Source of the DNA: Vulcanimicrobiota bacterium
GTDB lineage: Bacteria; Vulcanimicrobiota; Vulcanimicrobiia; Eremiobacterales; Eremiobacteraceae
Assembly (NCBI GenBank): GCA_963812135.1
Contig: CAWETU010000001.1
Location: 384,001-448,000, forward strand
DNA: 64,000 nt
Direction of reading: 5' to 3'
In this document: positions 58,938-64,000 of the stretch, one piece after another
How positions within the stretch are numbered: position 1 is the stretch's first letter
Layout of the letters: the number at the start of each line of letters is the position of its first letter
Position numbers and translations under genes: made by a program
Notes under the pieces: model-generated
Seen by the model: only the letters and a program-made list of their open reading frames with translations
What the model was told of the DNA's origin: nothing
Database searches by the model: none

Positions 58938-60986
58938 CTAGCCCACTTGCTGCGGGAAGCTCAGCACGCGGCCGGCGATGAGCTGGCCGTCCAGCACGAA
59001 CGCGTTGCCGCCGGCGGCGCGCGCGACACGTTTATAGCGGGCGGTGCGGCCCGCCAGGCTCGCGAGGTTCGGTAGCGGCGGCGTCGTGGCGGTGATCGCG
59101 ACAAGGGCGAGCCCGACGCTGGGCGGCGGCACATTGCCGTGTTCCACCGAGGCGAAATCGCGTGTGACGTGCAGCGGCGCCGTCCGACGTTGGAAGCTGT
59201 CGATGATCGCGCGGCCGATGGCTTCGACGTTTGCGGGCTCGCACAGCGCGAGGAAGTTGACGCCGCCGAGGTGGCCGACGGTCGCGTGGCGATCGGCCGA
59301 GTCCGCGATCACGGTGCTCAACGTCTCCGCGAGCAGCGCGATCACTTCGTCGCCGCGCTCGACGCCGTAACGCTCGTTGTAGGCGCGGAAGTTGAGCAGG
59401 TCGACGTGCAGCACGGCGAACGGCATGTTCGAGGTGCAGCGCCGGTCGATCTCCTGCTGGAGCGGGATGCGGCCGGGCAAGCCGGTGAGCGGATTGGCGT
59501 TGCGCGCCATGGTCGCTTGGAACTCGGTCATCGTGTGGAGTAGATCGCGGACGGACACGACGCCCGAATACACGCCGTTCTCGAGCACCACGATCTCGTC
59601 ATACATCTCGGTGCTGCGCCGGTGCGTGACTTTGCGCGCGACGTCTTCGATCGAATCTTTCGCGTCCACGGCTAGATATGAATCGTCCATCACGAGGCGT
59701 GCCGCTCGTCGTGAATAGAGCGAATAGCCGAACTGCTGCGACAGACGCTCGTACAGTTTGGTGCGGCTCACCAGCCCGACCGGGGCGCCGAACTCGGTGA
59801 GCACCACGCTGTCCAGGTCGGCGTTGCGGTCGAAGATCTCGAGCAGTTCGCTCGTGTACGCCGTCGGCATGAGCGCGGGGGCGCGCCGCGTGATCGTGCT
59901 GATCGCCATGCGCTTGGGCATGGGTACGGTGCGCAGCGTGGACGAGCGCTCGCGGATGAAGGCGGCGATCTCCGGCTTGGGCTCGATGAAACCGCTCGAC
60001 GGACGGCCGAGCAAGAAGCCCTGGCCTAGATCCACGCCGATCTCGATCAGCGTGGCCAGCTCGTCGACGGTCTCAATGCCTTCGGCCAGCACCTTCGCAT
60101 CGATGCGTTTCGCGAAGATGATGATCGCGGACACGAGCGCGTTCTTGGCGCGGTCGCGATCGATGTCGCGCACGAGCGCCATGTCGAGCTTGATGAAGTG
60201 CGGCCGGACTTCGGTGACCGCGCGCAGGCTGTTGTGGCCGGCGCCGGCGTCGTCGATCGCGACTTTGAAGCCTTGGCGATAGTAATAGAGCAGCGTGCGC
60301 TTGAGCAGATCGAAGTCGGCGATCGCCTGCTTCTCCGTGATCTCCAAGACGATGCGCTCTTGCGCGAGGCGGCTTTGCTCGATGACCTCGCGCGACAGGC
60401 CGGCGTTTTGTTCTTCGAGCACGCGCGGGCTCAAATTCAAGAAGAGGAAGCAGCCGGCTGGGATGCCCGCGGCCGCGGCGATGGACCGGAAGCGGCACAC
60501 GCGCTCGAGCCGCTGCGTGGCGCCGACCGCCTGCGCGGCGCTGAACAACGCGTCGGCGCTTTCCAGGCGCGTGCCGATCGGACCGCGCGAGAGCGCTTCG
60601 TAGCCGAAGACGGTGCCGTCGGCCAAGTTGATGATCGGCTGGAAGACGGAACGGATGCGATTCTCGTTGAGGACCTGCTCGAGATCGTCGTCGCGTTCGA
60701 CCGTCAGCGGAGGCGCAGCGAAGATCGTGGGTGCGGGTACGACCGGTTCCGGCGGCGGCGGCGCAGTAATGCGCTCGATGCGTTCGATGCGTTCGATGCG
60801 CTCGGGCGCGCTCGGCGTCGCGGCCATCGGAGGATCCGCTCCAAGCGGCTCATCCGAGGAGTCTTCGCCCGCCGGCAGCGGGCCTGGTTGGTTCTCGGTC
60901 GGTTGCGGCAACGGCGACCGCTCGCCCGTGACAAAGCCGAGCAGCTTGCGGAAGCGCCGTCGAATCCGATCCGAAGTGTCGTCCAA
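58938..60986 (-). CDS. EAL-CBS-GGDEF protein; probable c-di-GMP phosphodiesterase with degenerate GGDEF
   Basis: YEALSRG, LNLS, LEITE, IDDAGAG, IKLD, AEGIE, GQGF intact; GGVNF in place of GGDEF; TTG start after GAAGGG. Confidence 0.9.
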   Translation of the reverse strand: MDDTSDRIRRRFRKLLGFVTGERSPLPQPTENQPGPLPAGEDSSDEPLGADPPMAATPSAPERIERIERIERITAPPPPEPVVPAPTIFAAPPLTVERDDDLEQVLNENRIRSVFQPIINLADGTVFGYEALSRGPIGTRLESADALFSAAQAVGATQRLERVCRFRSIAAAAGIPAGCFLFLNLSPRVLEEQNAGLSREVIEQSRLAQERIVLEITEKQAIADFDLLKRTLLYYYRQGFKVAIDDAGAGHNSLRAVTEVRPHFIKLDMALVRDIDRDRAKNALVSAIIIFAKRIDAKVLAEGIETVDELATLIEIGVDLGQGFLLGRPSSGFIEPKPEIAAFIRERSSTLRTVPMPKRMAISTITRRAPALMPTAYTSELLEIFDRNADLDSVVLTEFGAPVGLVSRTKLYERLSQQFGYSLYSRRAARLVMDDSYLAVDAKDSIEDVARKVTHRRSTEMYDEIVVLENGVYSGVVSVRDLLHTMTEFQATMARNANPLTGLPGRIPLQQEIDRRCTSNMPFAVLHVDLLNFRAYNERYGVERGDEVIALLAETLSTVIADSADRHATVGHLGGVNFLALCEPANVEAIGRAIIDSFQRRTAPLHVTRDFASVEHGNVPPPSVGLALVAITATTPPLPNLASLAGRTARYKRVARAAGGNAFVLDGQLIAGRVLSFPQQVG
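60769..60804. repeat. Intragenic 9-bp tandem repeat x4 (encodes ERI x4)
   Basis: ATGCGCTCG ATGCGTTCG ATGCGTTCG ATGCGCTCG. Confidence 0.85.
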
Positions 60987-61125
60987 ACGATGCCCTTCAA
61001 AAGAAACGTAGCTCCGGGCGCCCCTGCCCGGACCCGCGCTCAAGAGCGCAAGCCTACAATTAGAACCATCGGAGCGGGCTGACGGCACAATTAGCTCATA
61101 AGCGGCGAGTGTCCCGCCCTTTGTC

Positions 61126-64000
61126 ATGAGCCAGCCCATATGTTCGTCCAAAGGGAGCGAGCGGCCACGCACGAAGCCGCGGCCTATGCTGTCGTCCGAG
61201 CGACCGTTCTCGAGGGAGAGCGTCGAGAAAGCCCCCCGCATTCGCGGGGCGCAGGTCAAGCACTCGGTTTGCCCTTATTGCGCCGTCGGCTGCGGACAGC
61301 TCGCGTATGTGAAGGACGGCACACTGCTCGACGTCGAGGGCGACCCCGACAGTCCCATCAACCGCGGCACGCTTTGCCCCAAGGGCGCGGCGACCTATCA
61401 GTTCGCGGTGAACCCGCTGCGCGTCACCAACGTCATGTATCGCGCGCCGTACTCGAATCGCTGGGAGCGCAAGTCGCTCGACTGGGCGATGGAACAAGTC
61501 GCGCAGCGCATCAAGCAGACGCGCGACGAGACGTTCATCGAGACGCTGCCCAACGGCAAGGTCGTCAACGCGTGCTACGCGATAGAGTCGCTCGGCGGCG
61601 CGACGCTCGACAACGAAGAGAACTACCTCATCAAGAAGCTGTTGTGCGGCGGCTTGGGGATCATCCCCATCGAGAACCAAGCGAGGATATGACATAGCAG
61701 CACGGTGCCCGGTCTGGGCACCTCCTTCGGCCGGGGCGGCGCGACGACGTTCCCGCAAGATCTCGTGAACAGTGATGCGGTCCTCATCATGGGCTCGAAC
61801 ATGGCCGAGAACCATCCGATCGCATTCGCGCGCGTGCTCGAAGCAAAAGAGCGCGGTGCGACCGTCATCCACGTCGATCCGCATTTCTCGCGCACGTCAG
61901 CGCTCGCCGATATCTATCTGAAGATCCGCGCCGGTTCCGACATCGCGTTCTTGGGCGGCGTGATCCGCTGGCTGCTGGAAAATGACCGCTACTTCCACGA
62001 CTACGTCTACTATTACACCAACGCGCTGACGGTCATCGACGACAAATTCGAGGACACCGAATTGCTCGACGGCGTGTTCTCGGGTCTTGACGCCAAGACG
62101 AACACGTATGCCGACATCGCGTCGTGGCAATACAAGCGCGACAAGAAAGGCAACATCGTCACCGATCCCGAGCTCAAGAATCCGCGCACGGTGTTGAACC
62201 TGCTGAAATCCCACTTCGAGCGCTACACGCCCGAAGAGGTCGAACGCATTTGCGGCGTTGACAAGGATGGTTTCTTGCGCGTGTGCGAGGTGCTCGCCGC
62301 CAACTCAGGGCGCGAGCGTACCGCAGCCTTCTGCTACGCGCTCGGTTGGACGCAGCACAGCCACGGCGTGCAGAACATCCGCGCCGCGGCCATCATCCAA
62401 TTGCTGCTCGGCAACATCGGCCGGCCGGGCGGCGGCATTCTGGCGTTGCGCGGACACGCTTCGATCCAGGGCTCGACCGACGTGCCGACCTTGTACGATT
62501 TGCTGTCGGGCTACATGCCGCAGCCCAGCGCGCTGCTCGATCACGACACGCTCGAGAAGTACATCAACGCGTCGTGGCGGCCGACCGGCTGGTGGGCGAA
62601 CTTCCGCAAATACATCGTCTCGTTCTTGAAGACGTGGTATGGCGAACGCGCCACCAAAGAAAACGATTTTGCTTTCGACTGGGTCGCCAAGACCAACGGC
62701 GACCACTCGCATTTGGCTTCCACCTTTGCGATGGTCGAGGGCAAGATCAAAGGCATGATCATCATGGGCCAGAACCCGGCATCGGGTTCGTCTCACGCGC
62801 GTCTGCAGCGCAAGGCGCTCGCCAGCCTCGAGTGGCTCGTCGTGCGCGACCTCTACGAGATCGAGTCGGCGGCGTTTTGGTACGCGGCGCCCGACGGCGA
62901 AGATCCGCTGGCGGTCAAAACCGAGATCTTCTTCATCCCCGCCGCCTCGCATCTCGAGAAAGAGGGCTCGTTCACCAACACGCAGCGTCTCGTGCAATGG
63001 CGCGAGAAGGCGATCGATCCGCCGGGCGATGCGCGCAGCGACGCGTGGTTCATCCACAAGCTGGCGAAGCGGCTGAAGGAGCTGTACGCGGACAGCACCG
63101 CCAAACGCGACGAACCGATCAAGGCGCTCACCTGGGATTTCGATCGCGCTGCGCCCGAGCCGGGATCGCGCATCCTCGACGAGCCCGACATGGACAAGGT
63201 CGTGCAGGAGCTCAACGGGCGCGACATCGCCAGCGGCAAGCTCGTGTCCGGATTCGCCGAGCTCAAAGACGATGGCAGCACCGCGTGCGGCTCGTGGATC
63301 TATAGCGGCATCCATCCTACACCAGAACTCAACCGGGCGGCGTCGCGCGACAACCGCGGGCGCGTGTTCCCGAACTGGGCGTGGTCGTGGCCCGCGAACC
63401 GGCGCATCCTTTATAATAGGGCGTCCGCCGATCCGTCAGGGCGGCCGTGGTCGGAGCGCAAGAAATACGTCTGGTGGGATGAAGAGCAGTCCAAGTGGAC
63501 GGGCGAGGACGTTCCCGATTTCCCGGCCACCAAGGATCCGGAGACTCCGGCGAAGCCAGGCGCCGGCGGTATGGATGCGCTTTCGGGCAGCGACCCGTTC
63601 ATCATGATGCCCGACGGCCGAGGCTGGCTGTTCGTGCCCAAGGGACTCAAGGACGGTCCGTTACCGACGCATTACGAGCCGTACGAGTCGCCGGTGCACA
63701 ACGCGCTATACGGGCAGCAGTCGAATCCAGTCGCCAAGACGTTTGCCTCGACCGGCGACAACCCGCTCGCAGCGCCCGAGAGCGCCGAGTTCCCCATCGT
63801 CATGACGACCTACCGCGTGACCGAACATCACGTGAGCGGAGCGATGACGCGTTGGCTGCCTTGGCTCGCAGAGCTGCAACCCGAGGCGTTCGTCGAGATG
63901 AGCCCGCAGCTCGCGGCCGCCAAAGGGATCACCAACGCTGGGTGGGTGACCGTCAGCTCTGTGCGCGGGGAGTTCGAGGGTCGCGCGCTTGTCACGCCGC
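61126..64000 (+). CDS. fdnG: Selenocysteine-containing formate dehydrogenase alpha subunit (FdnG/FdoG type), 3' end outside window
   Basis: CPYCAVGCG...LCPKG Fe-S motif; ENQARI-TGA-HSSTV at 61690; frame stays open with GWTQH, LRGH, EKEGSFTN, PTHYEP, TTYRVTEH; start could be 61186. Confidence 0.93.
61704..61722 (+). promoter_or_regulatory. Bacterial SECIS hairpin
   Basis: GGTGCCC-GGTCT-GGGCACC starting 11 nt after the in-frame TGA; resembles the E. coli fdhF SECIS. Confidence 0.85.

Overview
High-GC (roughly 65% by eye) bacterial chromosomal window, almost fully coding. Firmicutes-like synteny (glyA, dCMP deaminase, wecA/tagO, wecB, atp operon, murA, mreB/mbl; rsbV-rsbW-sigB) occurs with diderm markers (LptA/OstA-repeat protein, TonB-dependent receptor). 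This suggests a diderm Terrabacteria lineage such as Ca. Eremiobacterota/Vulcanimicrobiota (inference, not verified). Contents: a complete F1Fo operon; tsaC, rarA, iscS, a SigB-like partner-switching module and alaS; a ~14.5 kb phosphate locus (phoPR, phoU, pstSCAB, TonB receptor, beta-propeller/phosphoesterase, then a second pstCAB-like trio); cystathionine beta-synthase and gamma-lyase; IclR and TldD/PmbA; tRNA-Leu(CAG); glutamate dehydrogenase; SorAB-type sulfite dehydrogenase; egtD beside an OpuC/EgtU-like ABC importer; PilZ plus an EAL-CBS-GGDEF protein; and a selenocysteine formate dehydrogenase that runs off the window. The best novelty candidate is the second pstCAB trio. Its ORFs are intact and coupled, yet the ATPase has lost its Q-loop, signature, Walker B Glu and H-loop residues and both permeases have lost their conserved Arg, which would fit a non-transporting signalling complex. 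Other highlights are 11-bp periodic Pho boxes, a four-repeat LptA-like protein, a small protein ending in CCC near TldD/PmbA, and GTAG-type REP palindromes. About five single-base indels, including a compensating pair in atpF, point to residual long-read errors, so frameshifts and odd start codons need caution. No CRISPR, rRNA, prophage or transposase was seen.
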